Shown: positions 8,612 through 17,920, numbered from the stretch's first letter. The stretch is 57,520 nt of DNA from Myxococcota bacterium (GCA_035258825.1 DATFWW010000173.1:1-57520); one strand, 5' to 3'. Notes: generated from the letters alone by a model not told the origin. A program made the numbers and translations.

Positions 8612-10162
8612 ATGACGGCGCAGCCCACCCACGGCAACGCGGAAGACGCGTCCCGCGAGGCGATCTCGGTCGGGCTCGCGTCGCTCTCCGTCGCCGACGT
8701 CGTGGCCGTCGCGCGCGGCGGCGCGCGCCTCGAGCTCGAGCGCGATCCGGCCTATCGCGCACGGCTCGAGGCCGGCCGCGGCGCGCTCGAATCGGCGCTG
8801 CGCAACGGCGTTGCGGTGTACGGTGTCACGACGGGCGTCGGCGCGTCGCAGGGGCGCGAGATCCCCGAGTCGGAGCGCAAACTCGTCACGCAGAACCTGC
8901 TGCGCTTCCACGGCTGCGGCACGGGCCGGATCCTCGATGGCGAGGAGTCGGCCGCGGTCGTGGTGGCGCGGCTCGCCTCGCTCGCGCGCGGTTATTCGGG
9001 TGTGCGGCCCGTCGTGCTCGAGCGGCTCTGTGACCTCCTGAATCGCCGCATCCTGCCGCGCATTCCCGAGGAGGGATCGGTCGGCGCGAGCGGCGATCTC
9101 ACGCCGCTCTCGTACCTGGCTGCGCTGCTCGCGGGCGAGCGCGAGGCGCTGGCAGGCGGTGAAGTGGTCGAGGCCGGAGAGGCGCTCGCGCGCGCGGGTC
9201 TTCTCTCGCTCGAGCTCGAGCCGAAGGAGAGCCTCGCGCTGATGAACGGCACGAGCGTGATGACCGCGCTCGCCTGTCTCGCCGTCGAGCGCGCGGCCCG
9301 CCTCGCGCGCTGGGCGTGCGCGCTCACCGCGATGACAGTGCGCGCGATCGCGGGCAACCCGCGCCACTTCGACCGCGCGATCTTCGACCTGAAGCCGCAC
9401 CCCGGCACGCGGCGCGCCGCCGCGTGGATCCGCGAGGACCTCGAGCCCGTCGCGGGGCTGCGCCCCGCGCGCCTGCAGGACGTGTACTCGGTGCGCTGCG
9501 CGCCGCACGTGATCGGCGTGCTGCTCGACGCACTCGCGTTCGCGAGCCAGACGGTGGAGATCGAGCTCAACAGCGTGAACGACAACCCGATCGTCGACCC
9601 CGAGACGGGCGCGGTGCTGCACGGCGGCAACTTCTACGGCGGGCACGTGGCGTTCGCAATGGACGGGCTCAAGAGCGCGGTGGCCAGCGTCGCCGATCTG
9701 CTCGACCGCCAGATGCAGCTGCTCTGCACGCCCGCGTCGAGCGGCGGGCTGCCCGAGAACCTCACGCCGAACGGCGGCGGCAACCACGGCTTCAAGGCGA
9801 TGGGGATCTCGACCTCCGCGCTCACCGCGGAGGCGCTCAAGCTCACGCTGCCCGCAGCGTCGTTCTCGCGCAGCACCGAGTCGGGCAACCAGGACAAGGT
9901 GAGCATGGGCACGATCGCCGCGCGCGACTGCCGGCGGATCCTCGAACTATCGGAGACCGTCGCGGCGATCGTGCTGCTCGCCGACTGTCAGGCGCTCGAG
10001 CTGCGCGGCGACGCGGCCGCGGGTCGCGCGCGGGAGCTGCGCGAGAGCGTGCGCCGCGAGGTGCCTGCGCTCACGGCCGACCGCCGGCAGGACCGCGACA
10101 TCGAGCGCGTGCTCGCGCTCTACCGCACGGGCGAGCTGCGCATCGACGCGTCGCTCGACTAG
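8612..10162 (+). CDS. Aromatic amino acid ammonia-lyase/aminomutase (HAL/PAL/TAL family, MIO enzyme)
   Basis: 516-aa ORF. GSVGASGDLTPLS carries the Ala-Ser-Gly triad (9086..9094) that forms the MIO cofactor. YGVTTGVGAS and NDNPIV motifs are also present. Confidence 0.85.
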   Translation: MTAQPTHGNAEDASREAISVGLASLSVADVVAVARGGARLELERDPAYRARLEAGRGALESALRNGVAVYGVTTGVGASQGREIPESERKLVTQNLLRFHGCGTGRILDGEESAAVVVARLASLARGYSGVRPVVLERLCDLLNRRILPRIPEEGSVGASGDLTPLSYLAALLAGEREALAGGEVVEAGEALARAGLLSLELEPKESLALMNGTSVMTALACLAVERAARLARWACALTAMTVRAIAGNPRHFDRAIFDLKPHPGTRRAAAWIREDLEPVAGLRPARLQDVYSVRCAPHVIGVLLDALAFASQTVEIELNSVNDNPIVDPETGAVLHGGNFYGGHVAFAMDGLKSAVASVADLLDRQMQLLCTPASSGGLPENLTPNGGGNHGFKAMGISTSALTAEALKLTLPAASFSRSTESGNQDKVSMGTIAARDCRRILELSETVAAIVLLADCQALELRGDAAAGRARELRESVRREVPALTADRRQDRDIERVLALYRTGELRIDASLD

Positions 10163-10164
10163 CT

Positions 10165-10614
10165 GTGTCGGTGCGAGCGGCCGCCGCCGCGCATCGCGAT
10201 CCGAGCGGATTGCGTCTGCGCGAGACGCGCGTGGAGCTCGACGTCCCGTTCCACCATGTCGACTCGCTGGGCATCGTCTGGCACGGGCACTACCCGAAGT
10301 ACTTCGAGGCGGCGGGCATGGCGCTCTTGCGCAAGCTCGCGCTCGACGGCGGCGAGCTGATCGGCGAGCGCTACCGCCTGGTCGTGATCGAGACGGCGTG
10401 CCGGCACGGGTATCCGCTGCGCTATGCCGACCGCGTGGCGGTGACGGCGTGGATCTCGGACTACGCGCGGCGGCTCGTGATCCGCTACGACGTGCGCAAC
10501 CTCACGCATGGTCGGCGTGCGGCCCACGGACACACCGCGATCGCCACGCTCGACCGCGAGGGCCGGCTCCGGCTCGAGACGCCGCCCGAGATCGTCGCGC
10601 GGATCCGAGGATGA
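10165..10614 (+). CDS. Hotdog-fold 4HBT/YbgC-like acyl-CoA (or acyl-ACP) thioesterase
   Basis: Tail of ORF 9316..10614: RVELDVPFHHVDSLGIVWHGHYPKYFEAAGMALL.. The start is uncertain (GTG 10165 or 10171, or a later TTG). It begins 3 nt after the lyase stop. Confidence 0.7.
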   Translation: MSVRAAAAAHRDPSGLRLRETRVELDVPFHHVDSLGIVWHGHYPKYFEAAGMALLRKLALDGGELIGERYRLVVIETACRHGYPLRYADRVAVTAWISDYARRLVIRYDVRNLTHGRRAAHGHTAIATLDREGRLRLETPPEIVARIRG

Positions 10615-10646
10615 TCCAGTAGCATGCACGCCCGACGGAGGTTCTG

Positions 10647-11408
10647 ATGCAGACGGCCCCGAGCACCCGGCGAGATCCCCTCGAGGTTCCGCCCCATTCG
10701 CCGCTCACCGAATACTACGAGCGCGATCGCCAGGACTACGTCGTCGATCTGTTCAACCGCACTGCGCAGCACTACGACACGATCGAGAGCCTGTTCCTGA
10801 AAGGCGGGCTCTGGTACCGGCGCTTCGGGATGAAGCGCGCGGGCATGAGGCCGGGCATGAAGGTCCTCGACATGGCCACGGGCACGGGCGCAGTCGCGCG
10901 CGGAGCGGTCCGGATCGTCGGGCCGACCGGCCGTGTGTTTGGCTGCGACCCGTCGCCGGGCATGCTCGCGCAGGCCAGGAAGGTGTTCAAAGGCCCGCTT
11001 ACGCACGGCGTCGGCGATTCGCTGCCGTTCAAGAGCGAGCAGTTTGACTTCGTGACGATGGGCATCGCGCTGCGCCACGTGTCGAGCCTCGCGCGCACGT
11101 TCGAGGAGTATCTGCGCGTGCTCAAGCCGGGCGGGCGCGTATGGATCCTCGAGGGTCACGTGCCGAAGTCGCGGTTCGGCCACAGCCTAACGCGCTTCGT
11201 GTGGGCCAAGCTGATCCCGGGCATGACGCTCGTCTCCACGCGCAGCCGCGAGGCGAAGCTCCTGATGGACTACTACTGGGACACGGTGGAGAAGTGCGTG
11301 CCGCCGGAGACGATCGTCGCCGCGATGCGCGGCGCGGGCTTTGCGAACGTCAAGTTCGAGGTCGTGATCCCGGGCGCGTTCTGCGAGTACACGGGCACGC
11401 GCCCGTAG
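10647..11408 (+). CDS. Class I SAM-dependent methyltransferase (UbiE/MenG-like)
   Basis: 253-aa ORF with VLDMATGTGAVA (motif I) and LKPGGRVWILE (post-II). Confidence 0.85.
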   Translation: MQTAPSTRRDPLEVPPHSPLTEYYERDRQDYVVDLFNRTAQHYDTIESLFLKGGLWYRRFGMKRAGMRPGMKVLDMATGTGAVARGAVRIVGPTGRVFGCDPSPGMLAQARKVFKGPLTHGVGDSLPFKSEQFDFVTMGIALRHVSSLARTFEEYLRVLKPGGRVWILEGHVPKSRFGHSLTRFVWAKLIPGMTLVSTRSREAKLLMDYYWDTVEKCVPPETIVAAMRGAGFANVKFEVVIPGAFCEYTGTRP

Positions 11409-11411
11409 CGG

Positions 11412-11828
11412 TCATTTCGCCGGCTTCTCGATCTTCGCGCCGTCCATCGACCAGAACCCGCGCAGCGCCTTGATCCTGTGCTCGTCGTCGATCGTATAGG
11501 TGAAGATGCCGTGCACGCTCATCTTCGTTCCGTTCGGGAACGTGGTCGTGAGAGTGAGCACGTGCGCGGACTCGTTGCCCGCGGCGAACGACTCGTGCGC
11601 CGTGATCTGTACGCTCTGCGTCGGCGCGAGATTCGTGTCCCAGAACTGCTCGGCCTCGCGCTTGCCGCGGAAGCCCTTGCCGGTGGGGTTGGTCGGTCCG
11701 ATGCCGATCGGGTCCTCGATCGCCACGTCCTCGGCCATCAGGTCGAGCCACTGCTCGCGCGCGCGCGCCTGAACGCATCGCCAGGAGTGGTGCGCAGCCA
11801 GGATTGCCGGGTGGATGTCCTTGCTCAT
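11412..11828 (-). CDS. NTF2/SnoaL-fold protein (ketosteroid isomerase-like)
   Basis: C-terminal 138 aa of ORF 11412..13289: MSKDIHPAILAAHHSWRCVQARAREQWLDLMAEDVAIEDPIG... Size and pattern fit the SnoaL/KSI family. ATG at 11828. Confidence 0.7.
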   Translation of the reverse strand: MSKDIHPAILAAHHSWRCVQARAREQWLDLMAEDVAIEDPIGIGPTNPTGKGFRGKREAEQFWDTNLAPTQSVQITAHESFAAGNESAHVLTLTTTFPNGTKMSVHGIFTYTIDDEHRIKALRGFWSMDGAKIEKPAK

Positions 11829-11851
11829 GGGGTCCTCCACGTCCATCCAGA

Positions 11852-13825
11852 TTACAGCGCCGCGGCGACGCGCGTCGCCTCCTCGATGGCCTTGCGGAAG
11901 AGGCCCAGGCCCGTGCAGTCGCCCACGGTGTAGGCCTCGGGTACCTCGCCCTTCACGGCGTCGTAGAAGGCCGTGTCGGCCACGAGCTCGCCCGCGATCA
12001 CGATCGTGTCGGCCGCGATCTCGCGGCGCGCGCCGCGATCGGGCCGGATCGCGATGCCGTGCGGTGTGATCTCCTCGTACGCCACGCCCGTGTTCACCGC
12101 GACGCCGAGCCGGTCGAGCGCGTCCATGTGCTCGGTGAGGCGCTTCGTCCCGACCTCGGGCGCGAGCCGCTCGCCGCGTTCCACGATCGACACGCGCCGC
12201 CCGCGCAGCGCGAGCAGCTCGGCGAGCTCGAGCGCGGCGAGGTCGGCGCCGACCATCACCACGCGCCGGCCGAACGGCATCCAGAGGCGCGTCGCCGCGC
12301 GCAGCTGCAACGGAGAGAGCCAGCGCGCCGCGGGCCGCATCAGCTGGCGCAGCTGCGGTCCGGTCTTGACGTGGCGCCGATCGCCGCCGGGGATCTCCGG
12401 GACCACCACGCGTCCTCCCGTCGCCACCACCACCGCGTCGGGCGCGAGCGCGCGCAGCTCCTCGGGCGAGACGGCGCGCCCGCGCCGAACCTCGATCGGA
12501 AGGCGCGCCACCTCGCGCCGCAGGAACGCGAGGAGCGGCGCGTTCTCGGGGTGCGCCATCGCGGCCCAGACCAGCGAGCCGCCGAGATAGGCCTCGCGCT
12601 CGACGAGCGTCACGCGGTGGCCGCGCAGCGCGGCGAGCCGCGCGGTCTCGAGCCCGCCCGGGCCGGCGCCTACGACCACGACGCGTTTGGGTGTCGCGCT
12701 GCGCTGCATCGAGAGCTCGCCCTCGCGGCCCGAGAGCCCGTTCACCGCGCAGCTCATGTTCGCGCTCTCCATCGAGTCGATGCAGTTCTCGCAGGAGATG
12801 CACGTGCGGATCTGCGCGCGCCGCTGCGTGCGCAGCTTCTCGGGCAGCTCGGGGTCGGCGAGCAGCGGGCGCCCCATCACGATCAGGTCGGCCTCGCCGC
12901 GCTGGAGGATTGCCTCGGCGAGCTCGGGGTCGTGGATCCGGCCCACCGCCATCACCGGCACGTCGACGGCGTTCTTCACGGCGACGGCGGCGCCGACGTT
13001 GTGGGCGTCGCCCCAGTGCGAGCCCGTGATGATCATCGAGGTGAGCCGGTCGATCACGCCGCCCGAGACGTGGAACGCGTCGACGCCCGCTTCCACGAGC
13101 CGCGGCGCGATTCGCGCCGTGTCGTCGATCGTGCGCCCGCCCTGCGCGCGCTCGTAGCCCGAGATGCGCAGCGTGATCGGGAAGTCCGCGCCCACCTCGC
13201 GGCGGATCGCGCCGAGCACCTCGAGCAGGAAGCGAACGCGGCCGTCGCGCTTGCGCCCTGCGTACGCGTCGGCGCGCTTGTTGCGCCACGGCGACAGGAA
13301 CGAGCCCAGCAGCATGTAGCCGTGCGCCGCGTGCAGCTCGATGCCGTCGTAGCCGGCCTCGCGCACGCGCCGCACCGCCGACGCGTACTGGCCCGTGATC
13401 GCGGGCAGCTCCCCGGCCGCCAGCTCGCGGCTGGGCGAGCCCGTGAGATACGACGCGATCACGGACGGGCCGAGGCTCGCGATCTTCTCCATCTGCGGCG
13501 AGAGCGCGTCGGGGCCCGCGTGGACGATCTGGGGCTGCACCTTCGCGCCGTGGGCATGGATCGCGTCGGTGATCGCGCGGTGCGCGTCGATCACGTCGTC
13601 GGACGAGAAGTGCATCGACTGAGGCACCTCGCGGTGGCGGCGGTCGATCACGCAGGCCTCGAGCGTGATCAACCCCACGCCGCCGCGCGCGCGCGCTGCG
13701 AGGTAGTCGACGAGGCGCGGTGTGGGCAGCTGGTCGAGGCCCGCGTAGCCGGTCGTCATCGGCGACATGACGATGCGATTCTTCAGCTGCATCGACCCGA
13801 TGCGGATCGGTTCGAAGAGTCTCAT
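11852..13825 (-). CDS. NADH:flavin oxidoreductase, 2,4-dienoyl-CoA reductase (FadH)/BaiCD-BaiH-like
   Basis: Begins MRLFEPIRIGSMQLKNRIVMSPMTTGYA. It has an OYE TIM-barrel N-domain (ELHAAHGYLL-type HAAHGYML), a Cys cluster CISCENCID and a C-terminal VVVVGAGPGG Rossmann domain. ATGA overlap with the upstream gene. Confidence 0.85.
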   Translation of the reverse strand: MRLFEPIRIGSMQLKNRIVMSPMTTGYAGLDQLPTPRLVDYLAARARGGVGLITLEACVIDRRHREVPQSMHFSSDDVIDAHRAITDAIHAHGAKVQPQIVHAGPDALSPQMEKIASLGPSVIASYLTGSPSRELAAGELPAITGQYASAVRRVREAGYDGIELHAAHGYMLLGSFLSPWRNKRADAYAGRKRDGRVRFLLEVLGAIRREVGADFPITLRISGYERAQGGRTIDDTARIAPRLVEAGVDAFHVSGGVIDRLTSMIITGSHWGDAHNVGAAVAVKNAVDVPVMAVGRIHDPELAEAILQRGEADLIVMGRPLLADPELPEKLRTQRRAQIRTCISCENCIDSMESANMSCAVNGLSGREGELSMQRSATPKRVVVVGAGPGGLETARLAALRGHRVTLVEREAYLGGSLVWAAMAHPENAPLLAFLRREVARLPIEVRRGRAVSPEELRALAPDAVVVATGGRVVVPEIPGGDRRHVKTGPQLRQLMRPAARWLSPLQLRAATRLWMPFGRRVVMVGADLAALELAELLALRGRRVSIVERGERLAPEVGTKRLTEHMDALDRLGVAVNTGVAYEEITPHGIAIRPDRGARREIAADTIVIAGELVADTAFYDAVKGEVPEAYTVGDCTGLGLFRKAIEEATRVAAAL

Positions 13826-15297
13826 GCCGGGCCCCACGGCGCGTGCGCCGCCGCGTTGCGGCCCGCGACGCGCCCGAAGAAGGTGGCCTCGCCGATCGAG
13901 AGCCCGCTCGCGTAGCCGCGGCCCTCGAGGCACAGCCCCGCGGTGTTGCGCCCGGCGGCGTAGAGGCCCGGGATCACCGCACCCTCGGGCGAGAGCACCT
14001 CCGCGCTCGCGCGGATCGCGAGGCCGCCCAGCGTGAACACGCCGAAGAACGAGTTCGCGGTGGAGCAGTCGAGCGCCGCGAACGGCGGCACCGAGAGCGC
14101 CCGCAGGTGCTGCGGCGCCTTGTGGAACAGCGGATCCGCCCCGCGCGCGGCATCGCGGTTGTAGCGCTCGAGCGTGTGGACCAGCTCGCCCTCGGGCAAG
14201 CCGAGCGCGCGCTCGAGTGCCTCGAACGACTCCTCCACCGCAGCGATCCGGTGCATCGCCTGCGTGCGCGCGTAGATCGCGTCGTCCACGACGAGCCAGG
14301 CCCGCCCGCCGCAGCGGTACACCATCGCGTCGCTCGTGCGCCCGATGTAGGCGTCCTCGTTGATGAAGCGCTGCCCCTGCTCGTTCACGAGCACGCCCTT
14401 CAGATGGCTCGCGGGCGGGTAGTAGGCGTTCAGCACGAGCCCCTCGTGCAGGTTGGCGGCGGCCGCGCCCGCGCCCATGCCGATCCGGATCCCGCTGCCG
14501 TCGTCGCCGGGTGAGGCGGCCCTCCAGTTGCACTGGAGCAGCTCCGGCGCGTGCTCCGCCACCATCGCCTCGTTCAGGATGAAGCCGCCCGCGCACAGCA
14601 CCACGGCGCGGCGCGCCGCGATCGCCAGTGTTTCCTGCCCGTGGCGCGCAATCGCGCCCACCACGCGGCCATCCGCGCGCTGCACGAGGCGCAGCGCGCG
14701 GCAGTCGGAGAGCACCGCCGCGCCTGCGGCGTCGGTCGCGCGCAGCAGACACTCCATCAGGTAGCCGCCCGCCTCGCCCGCGCGCGCGGGCTTGTGGCCG
14801 CGCGGCGCGGGCGCCGCGGCCTGCGCGAACGGGTACACCTCCTCGTTGCCGCTGTAGAACAGGCAGTCGTCGCCGAACGGGTGCGTGGTCTTCTCGGCGA
14901 CGTAGCTCTCGCGAAACTCCACGCCGTGCGACGAGATCCACGCGAAGTGCTCGAGGCTCTGCTCGCAGAACGCGCGCACCTTCTCCTCGTCCGCGCGCGC
15001 GCCCGCAGCCATGCGCACGTGTTTGATCATCTCCTCGACGGAGTCGTCGAAGCCGCACGCCTTCTGGATCCGCGTGCCGCCGCCGAAATACATCACGCCC
15101 GTCGAGAGCGCGCTGGTGCCGCCGCCGCGGCCCATGCGCTCGAGCACGAGCGTGTCGGCGCCCGCGCGCGCGGCCTCGATCGCCGCGCACGCGCCCGCGC
15201 CGCCGTGGCCCACGACCACCACGTCGTGCACGCGGTCCCAGCGCGCGACCGACTCGGCGCGCTGCGCGCGCGTGGAGGTCGCGTCGGCTCCCGCCAT
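13822..15297 (-). CDS. FAD-binding dehydrogenase, 3-ketosteroid delta1-dehydrogenase / fumarate reductase flavoprotein family
   Basis: 491-aa ORF with DVVVVGHGGAGACAAIEAARAGADTLVLER (FAD_binding_2 type) and a C-terminal GLYAAGRN motif. Confidence 0.8.
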   Translation of the reverse strand: MAGADATSTRAQRAESVARWDRVHDVVVVGHGGAGACAAIEAARAGADTLVLERMGRGGGTSALSTGVMYFGGGTRIQKACGFDDSVEEMIKHVRMAAGARADEEKVRAFCEQSLEHFAWISSHGVEFRESYVAEKTTHPFGDDCLFYSGNEEVYPFAQAAAPAPRGHKPARAGEAGGYLMECLLRATDAAGAAVLSDCRALRLVQRADGRVVGAIARHGQETLAIAARRAVVLCAGGFILNEAMVAEHAPELLQCNWRAASPGDDGSGIRIGMGAGAAAANLHEGLVLNAYYPPASHLKGVLVNEQGQRFINEDAYIGRTSDAMVYRCGGRAWLVVDDAIYARTQAMHRIAAVEESFEALERALGLPEGELVHTLERYNRDAARGADPLFHKAPQHLRALSVPPFAALDCSTANSFFGVFTLGGLAIRASAEVLSPEGAVIPGLYAAGRNTAGLCLEGRGYASGLSIGEATFFGRVAGRNAAAHAPWGPA

Positions 15298-15304
15298 GCC
15301 GCGA

Positions 15305-16165
15305 CTACGCGCGCCGCGCGAGCTCGGCCAGCTCGTCGACGAAGCGCAGCATGCCGCCGACGTCTTGCGGGCCAGAAAAACCGGCGGGCGCGAGCGCGAC
15401 GAGCCGGTGCACGCCCAGATCGGCGTAGTGCTTGACTAGGTCGGGCGTGATCGGCGGCGGCGGCGTCACGCTGATCTCGAGCGGCGCGCGATCCCCCGGG
15501 CGCAGGCCCGCGGCGATCGCCTCGCGGATCCAGCCGAGCGAGCGCGCGGTGAGCTCGGGATTGGTGAAGAAGCCGTACCAGCCGTCGCCGCGCTCGACGG
15601 CGCGGCGCGCGGCGGGCCGGCTCATGCCGCCGATCACGATCGGCGGGTGCGGCTTCTGCACCGGGCGCGGGTGGGCATCGATCCCCGCGAAGCGGAAATA
15701 ACGGCCCGAGAAGGTGGGTTTCTCCTGGGTCCACAGCGCGCGCAGCGCGTCGATCGCCTCGTCGGTGACCGCGCCGCGCTCCGGGTAGTTGGCGCCGAGC
15801 GCGCGGAACTCGGGCTCGAGGTAGCCGGCGCCGAGGCCGAAGATCAGCCGACCGTTCGACACGGCGTCGACGCTCGCGAGCTCCTTGGCGAGCTCGACGG
15901 GGTTGCGCTGCGGCAGGATGATGATGCCCGTGCCCAGCTTGATCCGCCGCGTGTGCGCGGCGATGTGGGCGAGCGCCACCGACGGATCGAGGAACGGCGT
16001 GCGCGGCGCGGCCGGCGAGGGCGGCGCCTGCGGATCGGGCAGCACGACGTGCTCGCCGGTCCACAGCGACTCCAGCTCGGCCTCTTCCGCCGCCCGCGCA
16101 GTGCGCACCATCGCGGACACGTCACCGCACAAGCCGAAGTTGATGCCGAACAGCCCGATCTTCAC
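15305..16165 (-). CDS. Luciferase-like (LLM class, probably F420-dependent) oxidoreductase
   Basis: 286-aa ORF: MKIGLFGINFG..ESLWTGEHVVLP..GTGIIILPQRNPVELAKELASVD..RLIFGLGAGY, typical of the LLM family. Confidence 0.8.
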   Translation of the reverse strand: MKIGLFGINFGLCGDVSAMVRTARAAEEAELESLWTGEHVVLPDPQAPPSPAAPRTPFLDPSVALAHIAAHTRRIKLGTGIIILPQRNPVELAKELASVDAVSNGRLIFGLGAGYLEPEFRALGANYPERGAVTDEAIDALRALWTQEKPTFSGRYFRFAGIDAHPRPVQKPHPPIVIGGMSRPAARRAVERGDGWYGFFTNPELTARSLGWIREAIAAGLRPGDRAPLEISVTPPPPITPDLVKHYADLGVHRLVALAPAGFSGPQDVGGMLRFVDELAELARRA

Positions 16166-16174
16166 GCCTACCTG

Positions 16175-17860
16175 CTAGGCCCCGCGCAGCACTTCACCCG
16201 GCAGCGCGCCGGTGTGCTTGCCGCGCTCCATCGCGGGCACGCCGTTCACCACCACCATTTCGTAGCCCTGCGCGTCGACGTAGTAGCGCTCGGTGCCCGC
16301 CGGGAAGTCGCGCACCACGGTGTGCTCGCTCGCGGCGAGGTTCGCGAGGTCGATCAGCACGAGGTCGGCCTTCGCGCCGGTGCGGATCACGCCGCGGTCG
16401 ACGAGGCCGTGCACCGCTGCGGGCATGCCGGCGAGGCGCCAGATCGCATGCTCGAGCGAGATCGGGTCGGGCACCCAGTCGGTGAGCAGCAGCGTCGTGT
16501 AGTCGGCGCCCGTGAAGCTGGCCAGGTGCGCGCCGCCATCGCTAGACCCCGCCATTACGAGCGGATCGAGCACCGACTGCCGCACGACGTTCGCGATGAA
16601 CTGCTGCGCCACGGGATTCGGGCGCGTGCGCCAGCCGGTTGCGAGGTCCTCCGCGATCGAGACGTCGAGGAATGCATCGAGCGCGTCGCCGCCGCGCTCG
16701 ACGGCGAGCTCCGCGGACGAGCGCCCGATCCAGGCGCGGTTCGCGCCGTCGCGCACGTGTTCGACCTCGAGGATCTCGATCGGGAACGGCGCCGCGCGCT
16801 CGACGGTGGCGAGGTCGCGGCGCAGCTTCGCGCGCAGCGCGGGCTCCGCGAGCTTGCGGCAGCGCTCCGCGATGCTGCCCTGCAGCGCGGCGAGCCAGCT
16901 CGGCATCTCGTCGAAGACGAACGTGTCGGCGAGCCGCAGGTGCAGCCCGAGCCGCTGCGAGGTGAACTGCGGGTGGATCCGCACGCCCTGCGCGCGCGCC
17001 TCGCGCGTGAATTCGAGCGTGCGCTGCCAGGCCAGCGGCGCGTCGGGCGTGGGGCCGAGCGGGCCGATCTCGATCGGCTTGCCCGACGCGCGCGCGATCT
17101 CGAGCAGGAGCGCGCGGTCGGCCTCGTCGTGACCCTGCGCGTGGGTGCGCGGGATGATCTCGATCGCGCCGTGGGGAAACTCCGCGAGCACGGAACACAG
17201 GGCGGTGATCTCCTCGGGCGCGGCGAAGTTCGACGGCACGCCGCGGCCGTCGGCGCCCACGTGGATGTCGAGCTGCGAGGTGGAGAAGCCGACCGCGCCC
17301 TCGCGCATCGCCGCGCGCACGAGCTCCTTCATCTGCTCGATCTCGGCCGGCGTCGCGGCGCGCTCCGACGCCGCGTCGCCCATCACATGGCGGCGGATCG
17401 CGGAGTGCCCGACGTAGCCGCCGACGTTGATCGCGAGCTTCCCCTCGAGTCGACGCCAGTAGTCGGCGAAGCCGCCGCCGCCGAAGCGGAAGCCCTCGCG
17501 CATCGCCTCGCGCGACATGCCCTCGACGCGCGTGAGCATGCCCGTCAGCCAGTCGATGTCTTCGGCCTTCGCCGGGTAGAGCGTGAAGCCGCAGTTGCCC
17601 GTGAGCACGGTGGTAACGCCGTGCTGCATCGCGGGCGAGGCCACCGGGTCCCAGTCGAGCTGGACGTCGTAGTGCGTGTGTACGTCGATGAAGCCCGGCG
17701 CCACCACGAGGCCGTCGGCGTCGACGATGCGCCGGGCCTCGCCCTCGACGCGGCCGATCGCGGCGATCCGCCCATCGCGCACGGCCACGTCGGCGGTGTA
17801 GCCGGGCAGGCCGGTCCCGTCGACGACGGTGCCACTGCGGACCACGAGGTCATAGGTCAT
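16175..17860 (-). CDS. Amidohydrolase, N-acyl-D-amino-acid deacylase (D-aminoacylase) family
   Basis: 561-aa ORF: DLVVRSGTVVDGTG..APGFIDVHTHYD (metal-binding HxH region)..GVTTVLTGNCG. The family pattern is recognisable along the whole length. Confidence 0.8.
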   Translation of the reverse strand: MTYDLVVRSGTVVDGTGLPGYTADVAVRDGRIAAIGRVEGEARRIVDADGLVVAPGFIDVHTHYDVQLDWDPVASPAMQHGVTTVLTGNCGFTLYPAKAEDIDWLTGMLTRVEGMSREAMREGFRFGGGGFADYWRRLEGKLAINVGGYVGHSAIRRHVMGDAASERAATPAEIEQMKELVRAAMREGAVGFSTSQLDIHVGADGRGVPSNFAAPEEITALCSVLAEFPHGAIEIIPRTHAQGHDEADRALLLEIARASGKPIEIGPLGPTPDAPLAWQRTLEFTREARAQGVRIHPQFTSQRLGLHLRLADTFVFDEMPSWLAALQGSIAERCRKLAEPALRAKLRRDLATVERAAPFPIEILEVEHVRDGANRAWIGRSSAELAVERGGDALDAFLDVSIAEDLATGWRTRPNPVAQQFIANVVRQSVLDPLVMAGSSDGGAHLASFTGADYTTLLLTDWVPDPISLEHAIWRLAGMPAAVHGLVDRGVIRTGAKADLVLIDLANLAASEHTVVRDFPAGTERYYVDAQGYEMVVVNGVPAMERGKHTGALPGEVLRGA

Positions 17861-17890
17861 GTCGTCGCCCTCCGCGTCCTCGGGATTTAC

Positions 17891-17920
17891 ATATTACGCG
17901 AAATGTTTTTGCGCGGTCAA
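17891..17920 (-). promoter_or_regulatory. Candidate sigma70-type promoter of the 17860..11412 operon
   Basis: The minus strand reads TTGACC (17920..17915), N18, TAATAT (17896..17891) in an AT-rich patch. A GGAGGG RBS lies 9 nt before ATG 17860. Confidence 0.45.

Noticed and set aside
10281-10296. A second TGGCACG motif (tggcacgggcactacc) as another sigma54 promoter.
   Set aside because: It lacks the -12 TTGC element and lies inside the thioesterase coding sequence in the sense orientation.
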